Positions 42,428 through 56,363 are shown, counted from the stretch's first letter. The stretch: 64,000 nucleotides of DNA from Eledone cirrhosa (GCA_964016885.1 OZ024741.1:377642001-377706000), one strand, 5' to 3'. The notes: generated from the letters alone by a model not told the origin. Made by a program: numbers and translations.

Positions 42428-42567
42428 TAAGCGTAATATGTGGGTTATTCGTGTATGTTTGTAAAATGATACCTTGCACATCTCGCCTATGAAATAAACT
42501 TCCAGCTGTTTGCGTTTCAGAGCAAAACAATTTGCAAACATTCATCATCTTCTCCCTCCTTGTAATA

Positions 42568-42640
42568 TGTTCACTTTGTCATGTATCTTTCTCTTATTAG
42601 TAACGCCTTATATTTTAGTGGCCTTATTGCCGTGCTTGGG
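42568..42640 (+). pseudogene. Possible signal-peptide exon of a decayed secreted-protein gene
   Basis: ATG..MFTLSCIFLLLVTPYILVALLPCL then G|gtgagc donor; the candidate next exon (acceptor ~42729) contains stops. Confidence 0.3.
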
Positions 42641-43344
42641 TGAGCAAATAAAAAAGAGAAAACAATTATTATACATTATTAATATATTACCTTAGCTAGC
42701 AAATAATAACTCCATGCTTATTTTTGAAGGTGTATCATTATGAACACATTTTCTCTGTGATGTAGTGAAGCAGAAATCCAATTATCGTTTGTTGATTTAA
42801 AAACGTCCAATAAAAATAATTATGAATATTTACTACAAGTCATATCGTTTGGCGCATTTACTCTTGAGCTCTGCATAGATCAAATATTAACTGAAGTAGA
42901 GATTGGGAAAGAGAATGGTCTTTGATTTATAAAATGTACAAATTTAACATTAAATTATGTTATTGGATTTGTATTTGAAAGTCAATCAATATTCTGCAGA
43001 CTAAATATCATATGTTACTAACATTTGATCATAATAGACAAAGTACCATAAAAAAGAAGTTTAAAAACATATTTTAAAAGACTTATATATATTTATATAC
43101 AGAGTAACATAGGATTCAGTGACAGTTCATTATATATTGGAGTATCTTGTAAATTATGTTTTAGAATAAATTATGATTGTGTCATTATAAACACCTGCAT
43201 TATTGTTGAAATGGCGTTTGATTAGAATTATCTATATATTCATAAACTTATGTTCTACTACATTGTTTTGTCGAATTATGTATAATGCAATATTCTATGA
43301 AATGCATGAGAGTAAACACCAGGTTATATTTGAATGATAGACAT

Positions 43345-44243
43345 ACGAGGTGTGTCATAAAAGTTCCAGGACTGATGACACAAAACATTTATTTCAATCC
43401 CAAACTTTACACGAAGAGTTTTCTCCTTGAAAGTGATCCACCTGGAGTATGTAACTGTAAAGTTAGCTCTCTGCAGCGATCAAACCTTTTCCTTTATAAT
43501 TTTATATAAATGTCCCCTGTTTCAAGTCGTCAAGCAATGAGCACAGAGCAACGAACAAACATGAAAGCTCCGCCAGAAGCACTCGTATTGCTGCAGCAAG
43601 TGTATGGAAATGAGACGATGTCACGCTCACGTATTTTTGAGTGGTGCAAGAAGTTTAAGGAAGGACGCGAGGACGTGGAAGATGACACCATCAGCGAAAG
43701 GCCCTCAACAAACAGGACTGATGTCAACGTTGAGCGCGTCGAGCAGATGGTACGTAGCGATCGTCAGCTGACTGTTAAACTGATGGTAAATGAGCTGGGC
43801 ATGATTCGAGACAGCGTCTGGAAGATTCTCACTGAAGATTTGGACATGCGGAAAGTGTGCGCGAAGATGGTGCCAAAACTGCTCAACGATGACCAGAAAG
43901 GTTGACGCATGCAAGTGTGCCACAACATCCTTGAGCGTCTTGAAACCGAACAAGACTTGCTAGGGACGGTTATCACCGGTGATGAGTCATGGATCTTCGA
44001 GTACGACCCGGAAGGGACCCGTTTTGAAGACGTGAACGATATAAAAAATGCCGTGACGACGGAACTGCGGAGGATCCCGGAAGTATCCTTCCAGGAGTGC
44101 ATGCAAGCGTGGCAGAAAAGGATGGAAAAGTGCATTAGACTACAGGGGGATTACTTTGAAGGAGAAAACTCTAAGTGTGAAGTTTTGGCTTGAAATATAT
44201 CTTGTGTGACATCAGTCCTGGAACTTTTCTGACCCACCTCGTA
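43345..44243 (+). mobile_element. Internally deleted mariner transposon with both TIRs and TA flanks
   Basis: TA-CGAGGTGTGTCAT...CTGACCCACCTCG-TA; HTH region, KMVPKLL, ITGDESWIFEYDPE joined directly to GTRFEDV..QGDYFEG; in-frame stop at 43903. Confidence 0.95.
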
Positions 44244-44879
44244 TTAGCCCAATTTACATTTTTTCATCATTTCTTAATCTCAATGAAAATACTTAGGAAA
44301 ATATCTATATCTGGAGAAAACGTAATGTATCATATCCAAAATGAAATGATTTATATCAAAATAATTTTGTTATTGCTGTAAATTATAACATTAATTTCTA
44401 TTGCTTAAATCAAAATAAACACTAATAAATAAGTATAATTATTTCCTGAAATTTTAATTTTAATGGGATTTTATATTATTTAGATTATGTAGTTTACATT
44501 AGAAGGAAGGTTTTTAGACAACACACTCTTCATGAAACTCTTTAATTTTAGCCAGCTGAACACATTCAGTTAAGAACCGCTCGCTAGGATATAATTCGCA
44601 GTTTTCTGATTGTGATACATCCAGCATTTTATGATGGTTATTTGCGATAAAAGCAGACACCTGCCGGACTAGTAAGCAGTCAGGCTCCAACAGACTAAGC
44701 TATTAGAGGAGCCGGTGCAATGGGTGACATTCTGGGGAGTGCTGGTTTGATAGAGAATGGGGTGTCGCAGGTGTAGGGAAGCGATAGTTACACTAGATAT
44801 GATATTTAGTTGCGATATAAGTAAGCATCTATCACACAAATAGAGCTGTTGGAGTGATAATTCAAGTTTACAAACACGG

Positions 44880-45920
44880 ATACAAGAGAAATTGCTCCAA
44901 TCATAGCGGGTTCTTCTTGTTAGGCCATAGTGGAAGGGATAGAGCGATATAGACGTGTACACACTTCCTTAAGAACAGTGTGATTTACGTCTCGAACACA
45001 GAACAGCCGAACAAATGCTCAGCCTGCTCTAGGTCTTTGAGAAATCGTGGGCGTATTTCCAAGAGTTGTATTCTTGGTTTGTAGACATCGATAAGGCTTA
45101 CGACTGCATTTCATTGCATCTGTAGTAGAAGGTTCTTGGGGGAATATGGGGTTAATGGATAGCTTATTGTTGCTTTGATGTCTTTATACGGATGCTCTTG
45201 TATTTTCGTTTTCAATAAAAACAATACAATGTTGTTTTCGGACTTTTCCAAGTAGGTAAACTGTCACACTTCCTGTTCATAATCTCCATGGACAGTACTC
45301 ACATACGCAGCCAGATTGGAAGTTGTATCGAAAATGGCTGTTGCATGATCAATCGGATGAAATTTGCTGACAACAGAGTATAAATTACCTCGTCTGAATG
45401 TGATCTCAATCATGCATCTGATATCTTTACTGCCATGTGCTGCAAAGTCAGATATCGTCATCTCAAGAAAATCTGCAAAGTGCAGAAAATGTCTGAGATA
45501 TCCGTCCTCTCAAGGTAATCTGCACATCTCCATAGACTTCCATTGAAGCAGGTGGAGAAGTTCATGTATATCAGGGTGGTGTTTACGAGAGGTGCAAGTA
45601 GGATACTGAATTAAATGCAAGAATTACAGGAGTAATGTTTCTCGAGTAATATTACTCGATGTAGTACGTGACAAGGATATTAAAGTATCGCACCAGGTAG
45701 AGACACAATCCCATTAAACAGAGTGTTAATAGTTCCAATAATATGAACATGTGGTTAGAAACTCCCGGGAGAGAAACAGTGGATTGATTTTACGGACAAT
45801 CATATGTGGAGAACATCAGCAGAATGGTTGGATAACATACATGCGTTTGGCTGGTCTCACCTATTTTGCTGCTAGGCGAGAATCAGGCATCTACCCCACG
45901 ATTGTCCCCAAAATAAAGGC
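44880..45920 (+). mobile_element. RTE-type LINE RT fragment, degraded
   Basis: NCSNHSG..LLGHSG, EQCDLR..TAEQ, FVDIDKAYD, LKQVEKFMY.G; followed by (GAA)/(TAG)n tail. Confidence 0.75.
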
Positions 45921-45934
45921 GAGAGAAGAAGAAG

Positions 45935-45980
<46 letters not shown>

Positions 45981-46867
45981 ATAATATTAGCAGCAGCAGC
46001 AGTAGCAGTAGTAGTAGTATTAGTAGTAGTAGTAGTAGTACTAGTAGCAGCAGCAGCAGTAGTAGGAAGAGGAGGAGATGGAGTAGGATGCGGAGGAGGA
46101 GATGTAGGTATAATGTCTTCTGGAGAATATTTTCTCACAAATCATATGTAGAAATATATATTATTTAGAATGAGACACACTGAAACTGATATATTCATTT
46201 CAGTATTTAGGTATTCGTACGAATATAGAAATCACGAAGCATAATAATATCACAATTATCATTACCGAGATCTGCTCTGCATATCTATCTATAGAATACT
46301 AAAACGCCGCACAATGGGAACATACTTTGAAAGAATGTTGCCTCTGAAATGGGAATACACCTTGATTAAAACAAGTTTCGCGTAAGTTGGAGCACGGGTT
46401 CCTGTGATATGGGGGTTTAGCAGCTACCTTCAAAAGTAGAGAAAGAGAAAGTTAGAAAGAAACATATATGGTTGTGGGAGGGAAGATTGAAAGAGAGACA
46501 TAAAGAGAGAAGGACAGAGAGCAGGGGAATAGAAGGGAGAGTGAAAAGGCTGGTGTTATTGTTGAAGGAAATTATAAAACGTCACTTCAAAGAATCGAAT
46601 ACAGCATTACTCTCTCTCACACACACACATACCCCCCCCACACACACACACACATCCACACACACGAGCACACACACACACACACACATACACACACACA
46701 CACACACACACATGTTAGAAAAGGGAAGTAAGGTTTTATACAAAACAGTGGATATAGAAATAACGTGAAGTTAGAAATAGCACGGAAAATATATTTTATG
46801 GTCTGTTTTTCTTTTGTTTTTGCCGTCTTTGATTCGTCAAGTGACATTATTGAAAAGATGAAAAGGA

Positions 46868-47660
46868 CAATTCTTTAATAAATGTTCGGTGAATCCATAC
46901 GTACATATATATATATATGTGTGCATGTATGCATATATATATACATACTACTGTACGTCTGTATATATATATGTATGTACGTATACATACTTATATTTAA
47001 GTAACAGCCGTACTAAGAGTGAGAAATGAAATTTCGTTTCATTTTTTCCGTTTATCGTTTTCGGTACCCCGGCGGATTAACTCACTCGATATGCAAATTA
47101 AGCTGCTCAGCCGTTGATATGCATAAGGAAAGTATATACTTTCTGACGTACAATCATCTGGCAGGAAGGTATACGTTGCTGACGATAGCTAATAAGTTTG
47201 AAACTAGTACAGCTTTCCTTTGTCAGTGTTGAACAAATGAGCAACGATGGTTGCTAGACACTGTACGGCTTAATTCGGGATGTTTGTTTACAAACACACC
47301 GAGCATTATAATAAATGTTCGGTGACTACATATATATATATGTGTGCATGTATGTATATATATATACATACTTATATGTATACAGACGTACAGTAGTATA
47401 TATACATACTACTGTACGTCTGTATACATATATGTATGTACGTATACATACTTATATTTAAGTAACAGCCGTACTAAGAGTGAGAAATGAAATTGCGTTA
47501 GATTTTTTCCGTTTATCGTTTTCGGTACCCTGGCCGATTAACTCACTCGATATGAAAATTAAGCTGCTCAGCCGTTAATATGCATAAAGAAAGTATATAC
47601 TTTCAGACGTTCAATCATATACATATATGTATGTACATATACATACTTATATTTTATAAT
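46868..47660 (+). mobile_element. Third copy of the ORF-free ACTAGT-HHR repeat, ~1.7 tandem units of 433 bp (HHR 47174-47212)
   Basis: taataaatgttcggtga at 46876 and 47309; TG-CTGACGA-tAGCT(aata)AGTTt-GAA-ACTAGT-A-CA. Confidence 0.82.
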
Positions 47661-47665
47661 GTATA

Positions 47666-48429
47666 TCTATACATATAAAACTGAGTATGTCTGTCTGTGT
47701 GTGTGTGAGTTTGAATCTGTAAAACTCAAGAAGCACTCAACTGACTTTTCAAACTTTACACATATAATGCTTATGTTTCAGGGACTGTTCTGAGCAAAAG
47801 AAATTCCAAATTGTCAATGCCCTAGGGACAGCATTAGGCGATTTAGCGTTATTTCTCTGTAAATCTTACTCTTTCTCTTTTTAGATATATACATACATAT
47901 AACGTCCCGCCCTTATAATATCTGTCTGTATGTCTGATGTCTGCATTACGTCACGTCCATGAGCATGTGTCTGTGTGTGTGTGTGTGAGTTTGAATCCCT
48001 TAAACTCGAGAAGTACCCAACCGACATTTTTCAAACTTTACATGTCTATTACTTATGTTTAAGGGTGTGTTCTGCACATAAACAATTCAACTTGTTGATC
48101 CTCTTGGGCCCGCATTAGATGAAACACTGCGTTTGTCAGATTTTTATGGGGTTTTTTAGGCGTTACGTCTAGCCGATTTTCCCGAAATTTCAAGGCATAT
48201 TTGGCACATACAAAAAATTCATTTTCTTAATCCCCTAGAGCTCGCATTAGGTGAAACCCTGCATTATTCCTGCTTCATCGAGGAAAATCTTAAAGATTAT
48301 CCAGCCATCAGAGTATTCGGTTTATTTTCTATACATATTTGTCCAGGCATGCAGTTTTTCCACGATTAGGTTTGTTGGGGCCCGCATTCCAAAATACCTT
48401 AACCCGTGCAACGCCGGGTACACTGCTTG
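47666..48429 (+). mobile_element. Non-autonomous Helitron
   Basis: 5' TCTATACATATAAAAC-(gtct)n; internal duplication; 3' hairpin cccgtgcaacgccggg followed by CTTG (for CTAG). Confidence 0.7.
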
Positions 48430-48431
48430 TG

Positions 48432-50810
48432 AAGTATATACAGAAATACCGATTTCGATGTATTATTAATGTTTATCTTATCAAATGTTGAGTATTACAA
48501 TTAAAAAGGATTAATAAGAATTATGAACTAAAAATTAAAGATGTAAAATTGAGTGTTGGAGCAAGGTTTTTTGGCATCTTCCTTGCTCGGAAGGGAACTG
48601 GAGATTGAGTTCTTGTGTATATAGAGAGGGGTGTGTAGTCCTGATAGTAGCATCAGTTTTGGTAGTTGTATTTCTTCACAAAAACATTTTTTTTGTGGGG
48701 CAAGGGAAATATTCTATAAATGCGTGTGTATATATCTGATTGTGTTAATTGACGGGTCAAGAGTTCAAATGGGGATGGGGAATTGCAAGTTGGAGAACAA
48801 TTCTATGGCAGCAGTAGGATTGTAAAATAAATCTATTATTATTTAGCGAGTGTGTGTATTGTGTGAGGGTGTATCTAAACTATAATAAAGGGTGGAGCGC
48901 GGGATTGTGTACGGTTTATAATTGTTTATCCCATTTGTAAAATAAGTTGGATTACTTTGAATAAATAATTGTTTCTACTTTTGGCACAAGGCCAGCAAAT
49001 ATTTCAGTGTATTACTGGTTCTTTATTTTATCAACCCCGTAAGGATGAAAGGCAAAGTTAACCTCGGCGGGATTTGAACTCAGACCATAAAGGGCCGTAA
49101 CACTTTGCTGCAAAGCATGGCGTCCAGCCCTCTTACTTGAATAAATAATGAATGAATATTACATAATTTATCTACTAAATTTCGTGGCTGTTGATTAAAT
49201 ATATTTTGTTTATTTAAAGATTCACTTCTTTAACATTTCTGAAATGTCAACACTTCCGGTTGGCGATCGCTTGAATAAACATACTAATTTTCTGTCACTA
49301 ATGCAGTTTATATATAATATCGTCTTTTTTTAATCTATCATGGATTACTTTACTGATTTCATAAGACAGTGTAATACAGTCTCCGTTCAATTTCTGTGTA
49401 TATTGTCAATTACGATTTTATTTGATGTATCATATCTACATGTATATACAATTGCGTATAATATCAATATACACACTAGACATGATAGCAGAAAAAAACA
49501 TCCGAAGGGTGTTTTTTCTGCTAGTATATATAATAATACACACATGTGTGTGTGTGCGGGGGGCTTGTGGTGTGTGTGAGTTTTTCAGCCTGTCTGTCAC
49601 AGGTCACTTTGTGTTGGGAAATTTGAAAAAAAAACAGAGCAGAATATGAGAGGTGGCGCTCAAACTTCTGGAAAATATGTGAATGAGTATTTTTTCTCTC
49701 TTATTTTGTGGTGTGTGGTGGGTAGAACATCTAATGGGGGCCATCACATATTTGATTTTGGTTTAAATTTGTTAATAAACATTTTTTTCTTCATTTATTC
49801 TTTGTTGTTGAGTGAATGAATCGGATCACTTGTAAAGGGGAAGAATTTTAAGGTCGGGTAGAGTCATTCCTGCACACTCTGTAATGTGGCTACTTAAGGG
49901 GATTTTTCTTGTGATTACGTCTCGGATTTGTTGGAGATGGAAGTTCATTATTTTGCGTAATGACAACCGCTGACCTATATAATTATGTCGACAGCCACCG
50001 CATGTGATTACGTAGATCAGGTTATCCGACATGCAAGTGAAGTTGTTTTTCACTGTGAATGTTTGAATCTTTAAACGTGAATTTTTGTCCTTCAATTAAG
50101 TATAAATATTTATGACCAAATTAAAAACGACTGTTTATTGACATATTTAAACCAAAATTAAATATGTAATGACCCCTATTAGATCCTCCCCGGCACACAC
50201 ACAACAAAATAAGAGAGAACAAATTAATCCTTCAAGTATTTTCCAGAAGTTCCTGTTTGGATCCCCGACTGATACCCTGCACTGTTTTTTATTCAAATTC
50301 CCCAACACAGGCTGAAAAAAACATACAACCCAACACTCAATGTGTGTATTGTCATATATATACACCCTCACACAATACACACACACCCTGAAACCATATT
50401 CCAATAATAGAATTTCTTTTACAACCCTACTGCTGCCATATAATCTTTCTCTAGCTTACAATTCCCCAACCCATTTGAACTCTTGACCAGTCAATTAACG
50501 CAATCAGATATACACACACATATTTATAGAATATTTCCTTTGCCTCCCTAAAACAATTCTGCTCTATGAAGAAACACACCTACCAACAATGCTGCGACTA
50601 TCATGGCTATACACCTCTCTTTCAATACATGAGAGTTCATTTTCCAGTCTCCTTCTCAACAAGGAAGATGAAAAATCTGACCTCAATACTTAACTTTAAA
50701 TCTTTAATTTTTAGTTTTTAATTACTATACATTCTTTGTAATTGTAATACTCAACATTTGCTAAGATGATTTTTAATAGTACATCGGAACCGGTATTACT
50801 TTATACACTT
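48432..50810 (-). mobile_element. 5'-truncated Penelope-like element (GIY-YIG 49770-50095) flanked by inverted pLTRs
   Basis: NFTCMSDNLIYVITCGGC..YIGQ..H..H; 48432-48875 and 49540-49770 are inverted relative to 50140-50810; U3-A8 HHR remnants at 48443-48489 (-) and 50754-50800 (+). Confidence 0.85.
48968..49133 (-). mobile_element. tRNA-derived SINE inserted in the pLTR
   Basis: Matches the family; B box GAGTTCAAATCC on the - strand. Confidence 0.8.
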
Positions 50811-50920
50811 TATATACATTTTAAATCTCTTTTTTTCAATGTCATCTATTCAATAATGTTACTTTGACGAATCAAAGAAGGAAATAAAAAGGAAATCAGA
50901 CATATATATATACACAAACA

Positions 50921-50964
<44 letters not shown>

Positions 50965-51134
50965 AATAAGAGGTATACAAATATATGTGTATACATACAT
51001 ATACATGTATATATAAACTTATATTCTTCACAAGTATGTGAGATTGTATGCTGTCGACCTTAACCAGTGTTACTCTATGATTATGAGAGACAAAATAATC
51101 GAAATAATTAAATTGACACAATATCAGAGTTATG

Positions 51135-51591
51135 TAAAATATTATAAAAAGGAATAATAGATACAATATACCTATTTTTTTCTAAGTCCCGACTGTACAG
51201 TTTCGCTGGTCACTATGCAAAAATGTTAATTCATAGATATGTAACATTGTTGTAAGGTAAGCCAGCTTATCAAGAGAGCACCTCAGGGAAGATCCCTAAC
51301 TACATACGTCCGTAGCATGCGAGAAAATCTCAGAAAGGCGGAGGGAGACTATCACGTGATACGCCGGTCAAGAAAGGGGATTAATCCGCCTTTCTGAGAT
51401 TTTCTCGCATGCTACGGACGTATGTAGTTAGGGCTCTTCCCTGAGGTGCTCTCTTGATAAGCTGGCTTTCCTCACAACAATGTTACATATCTATGATATA
51501 ACAGTTTTGCATAGTGACCAGCGAAACTGTACAGTCGGGACTATAGAAAAAATAGGTATATTGTATCTATTATTCCTTTTTATAATATTTA
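51135..51591. repeat. Fold-back element (~207-bp arms) with a U3-A8 hammerhead in each arm (51187-51277 -, 51450-51540 +)
   Basis: Arms 51135-51342 and 51385-51591; TCTC-TTGATAA-GCTGG..52 nt..CCAGC-GAA-ACTGTACAGT-C-GGGA. Confidence 0.9.
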
Positions 51592-51803
51592 TATACGTGT
51601 GTATAATGGTAGCTATGGTGCTTCCATAGGCGGTATGCCAAATTTAGCACTCAATATTCATACAGAGCAGAGTGTGAATAGTATAAAAAGAGTGAGAAAA
51701 GTTTCTCCGAACGAATTGCATGTGTCCGATGGAACCTGCAGCCGTAGAATCATCTAGATCCATACAGTGATCATGTCTCGAACTAACTGCCGGCGAGACA
51801 TAT

Positions 51804-51975
51804 TATTTCTACTTTTGTCACAAGGCCGACAATTATACCAGTGCATTAATGGAACTTTATTTTATCGACCTCGTAAGGATGAAATGCAAAGTTAACCACA
51901 GCGGGATTTGAACTCAGGCCATAAAGGGCCCTAACTCTTTGCTGCAAAGCATGGCGTCTGACCCAATACCATAAT
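51804..51975 (-). mobile_element. tRNA-derived SINE
   Basis: Matches the family consensus. Confidence 0.8.
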
Positions 51976-52073
51976 GCCAAACCACACATTATATTTTGTG
52001 TATATACTCTTAGTTTTAAAATTATTCCTAAGTGAAGGTAACCCAAAATGGGTAATGGGTGGTCTAGAATATA

Positions 52074-52128
<55 letters not shown>

Positions 52129-52170
52129 ATGTGTATGTGTGTGTGTGGGGGGGGGGGGGGTGCGTGTGCG

Positions 52171-52201
<31 letters not shown>

Positions 52202-52679
52202 GTGAAAACAGGGAGATAAAGGTGATTATTAGGAAGAAAAATATTTTTTTTCCGTTTTTATTTTCTTCTCTCTTTTTTCTGGGTTAGAAAATGATTAAAA
52301 CGAAATATTTTACTTTGTGTGAAGTGTTAAGGTATTAGTTGATATATTTATTAATTAACAATGGCATTTATTTTTTTATATATATATTTAATAATTGTCT
52401 ATTACTGGTTTCAGCATTTTAATGCATTATCAAATGATAATAAAATGTATTTGTGTAGAATGGTGGTGTTGGACATGTTAAAGAAATGGTGCAGAAAGAA
52501 TAATGTTATTTACAAACAAGGTTTATGAAGTGAAAAGAAAAAAGAAAAAAAAGGACCGCAATGTTCGTGCATATTAAGTCAATGTGAAAAAAAAAAAAAT
52601 GTTATTTACAGGCATAGTTCTTGAAGATAAGCAGATCAAAATGTGTTATTATAGCAAGAGTGCTTAGTTGATCCTAATG

Positions 52680-53050
52680 GAGGCAAATGTAGATGACCCC
52701 TTAGCCTTTGTCAAGGCAGAATTCTAGAAGGAAAACTCTGATATAACACCTGCAACTCTGATGGTATCCAATGATGTTGACTTGTTCTTCTTTTTGGTAA
52801 ATATCATCTTGGTTAAGAGAGTGGGACAGGCTTTGTGCAGTGACTTTGCTCACTATAAAAGTTTCACGGCACAGGCATTGCTTTATATCTGGAGATCTCT
52901 CTGCACTTGTCGTCACATGGTACAATGGGCCCAGCACTATGTGTCAATAATTGTCGCAAGTGTAGTGTTTGTACCAGAGTTTTCAAGTCGCTGGCTGGAC
53001 TAAAAGGTCACACTCGTTCAGCGCATCGGAAGGGGACCTCCTACATGGAT
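52680..53050 (+). mobile_element. LINE (RTE-like) 3' end with C2H2 zinc finger
   Basis: CSVCTRVFKSLAGLKGHTRSAH, preceded by degraded sequence with stops. Confidence 0.55.
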
Positions 53051-53133
53051 ATAATTAGTGGCCGTACTCGAAAACGAGTTGGCAGCCACCATGTGTATGT
53101 ATGCCCTTGTGCATGTGTTTTTTTGTCTGTACG

Positions 53134-53186
<53 letters not shown>

Positions 53187-53585
53187 GTGCGTGCGTGCGT
53201 GCGTGCGTGCGTGTGTGTGTGTGTATGAGCTTGTTCGCATATATGCATGTTTTCTACTTTTTATTTATTGATTTTTTCTAGTGTTACTTTATATATTATA
53301 ACCCCTCCCATTACTTTTTCTTTGCTTTAATTTTGTATTCTTATCTTATATATTATTTCAATTATTTATCATATTTTATATTTTTATATTTGTATCGACC
53401 TTCAGTCTGACACTGCTTTGCCTTTATACACTCCATTCCCTGTATATATCACATACATGTATTTGGTTGCGCGTGTGTGTATGTTTATACGCGTGCATCC
53501 TTTAATCCTTGTATGTGTATATATTTCAACCCTTAGTCTCTGACTCCGTATGTACGCTAACACCATTATCTTACAATTCCCTTTT

Positions 53586-53636
<51 letters not shown>

Positions 53637-53892
53637 TATTTGTTGTGACATATACACTAATATGTTTGCCCTCATGTATGTACTTACGCACACGTTTTAT
53701 CCACTATACACATGCATTTGTACATACACACACATGTACATGTGTAAGTGCATATAGACACATTTATACACATCCCCTTACTATATTTCTTTATTTTCAT
53801 TTTTCATTTGCATTATTCATTATTTTAATTTTTTTGCCCCTTAAACTTTTGCCTTTCTTGATTTTTCAAATATTTCACTATGTTTGAAAAAG

Positions 53893-53960
53893 CCTTGTCT
53901 GATGAACGAATGCGGACGTTTCTTGTATTCATCTTATTCGGGAAACCTCTGGTAATGAGG
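53893..53960 (+). ncRNA. Type-I hammerhead with extended helix II
   Basis: CCTTGT-CTGATGA-a-CGAAT..ATTCG-g-GAA-ACCTCTGGT-A-ATGAGG. Confidence 0.75.
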
Positions 53961-54058
53961 TAATTATACTGTATTGTTTATTATACATTAAATATTTAGC
54001 TCTGTAACTTACAGAGCACTCTTCATTCCTCTGACTTTTTCAAAATGTTCAACGGAAA

Positions 54059-54096
<38 letters not shown>

Positions 54097-54131
54097 GTTA
54101 TATTTGGAGAGGGTCATATTGTTGTAATAAT

Positions 54132-54292
54132 ATTGTTTCTACTTTAGGCACAAGGCCAGCAATTACCCAGTGCATTACTAGTACTTTATTTTATCGACCC
54201 CGTAATGATGAAAGGCAAAGTCAACCTCGGCGGGATTTGAACTCAGATCGTAAAGGGACGTAACTATGCTTTAAAGCATGGCGTCCGACCTG
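54132..54292 (-). mobile_element. tRNA-derived SINE
   Basis: Matches the family consensus. Confidence 0.82.
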
Positions 54293-54999
54293 CTTATTGT
54301 TGTAATAATATTGCCAGAAATAATAACATAACACACTCACTTTTTGGTTGGTGTTCGCTTCTGTATCTTTTATGTATCTGGGATTTTGTATCTATGTATG
54401 TGTGTTTATTCATGTACGTTGTGAGCGCTCTCATATCTTGTAAAGATAATAAAAATGGCTTAGGCGAAATATACACACGTATTTCTTTACTCCCTTCAAG
54501 CTACAATATATCTATTATTTATGATATTCTCTTAAAATAGGACGTTCTCCATAAAATAATTCATTTTATCTGGCAACATGATTGCAAGAAAAAACAAAAA
54601 TAGTAAGAACACAAATTATATTGTATATTTCAAAATTGAAAAAAAACCGGAAAACAATTTTGTCAAAACATTTAAATGAAAAGAACCATTATTTATATAG
54701 ACTTACATTAGTTCAAGTGACATTTTCACAATTTATGGTATCACCTTCTCGAAGACATCATTTTTATTTTCGTCGTAGAATGACAGGGAAACATTTTCAT
54801 CACGGTAGAGCATGAATCTCTCATGATATTATGTCATGTAAATTGAAAAGAGCAGCAGGCTTGGAAACACACTCAATTATGTGCATGCGTTATATACCTG
54901 CACTTATAAATACTTATTGATATGAAAGCATTCCACCCATATCCGTAACGGGATTTAAACGTATTACATCAGTCTACCAAAATAATATAAATATAAATA

Positions 55000-55545
55000 T
55001 AGATTTCTTTATTAGCCACAAGGGCGCAACAAGAAAGGGGACAATACAAGGACATGCCGGGGATTTTACATACAGTCGTGTAAAAAATATAAAAACAAAC
55101 AATTTCAACAATCGAAATCCACAATAGGGGGGAGGCGCCACAAATGGGTTGTTTAATACCCCGTCGATAGAACAACCCTCAACTCAAGGAGCGTGTTGTG
55201 CAAGTGCTCCTTTCTTCCTTTTGCTCTCTTCCTCAACCTACAGGCTTATAAACAGAGAAGGCCCAATCACTCGGGCCATTTTCGCTTCATTCACCCACCT
55301 TTCAGTAAATTTACTGGGGTGCAGTGCCTCTCTCTCCACCCTGATTCTCCTTCTAAAGTGATACTTAAAGAATGGAATCAATTGTTGTCCGGAGAGAAAG
55401 GCATCTGTCCTCAGTCCTCTCAACCTCGTCCACCATATAACTTTTTTCACCATAGCCACCGTACAGAGGAAAACCGCCTTCCATTTAGCGTGATATGGTT
55501 TCATGTAAAGTCAGGATAATAGTCCAGCGATAGCATAGAACGCTT
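55000..55545 (-). mobile_element. Tx1-like LINE 3' fragment
   Basis: FLCTVAMVKKVIWWTR..FFKYHFRRRIRVERE..F.ERW..MARV.GPSL aligns with the C-terminus at 1220-1457; AATAAA near the 3' end. Confidence 0.8.
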
Positions 55546-55796
55546 TCTCACATTGTACACATGTTTACTATGGTTTATTATTAATACAACTTTAAGTTGT
55601 AATAAAAATCTTCATCTAAGTTTCAGTCTAGACATTACGGTGCGAATCGATTTTGACTCCTCACGAAAAGGGGAAATTCAAATGATGAACACATTTATAT
55701 CTTGCTGCGTCTTATGAATGGGGATACCGCTAGATTTGAATTATGAGTAATGTTTAAATATTTACATAAATGCGTCTTGTTGCAATACTATTTTAA

Positions 55797-55935
55797 TATA
55801 TATGTGTGTGTGCGTGTGTATGTGTGTGTGTTTGTGTGTATGCCGGTTTAACGTTTATTAATAAAATTAATAAACGTTAAACCAGCATACACACACACAC
55901 ACACACACATACACACGCACACACACATATATATA
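55797..55935. repeat. Short near-perfect palindrome with (TG)n/(CA)n arms
   Basis: ggtttaacgtttatta-ataaaat-taataaacgttaaacc flanked by mirrored microsatellite. Confidence 0.85.
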
Positions 55936-56306
55936 GATACGCGTGTGTATGTGTGAGTGTGTGTCTGCATATATAGATTCGAATTATAACCTATTAAGAT
56001 AAAACTTTATATTAATATGATTTTCCTACAACACTCCTTCCATAGCCAATAGAGGCGATCGTCATATCTAATTACAAAAGTTAGGTTCAATTTCTGTAGT
56101 AAAAAATAAAATGTGAAATTGGTAATGTTTTCTTTTTTTTTGCATATAATTGAAGATCATTAAATGATTATTATTTTACATACGAACAAATTATCATTTG
56201 CAGTATAGATACTAGATTTTAATATAGATAAATATACTTTTATTGAGATACTATATATTTTTAGACGATAAAAATACTCAATCGATATAAATCGATGATT
56301 TCAAAG

Positions 56307-56363
<57 letters not shown>

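Noticed and set aside
52907-53281. Host C2H2 zinc-finger gene
   Set aside because: Single finger in degraded, stop-containing context that runs into microsatellite; better explained as a LINE C-terminus.
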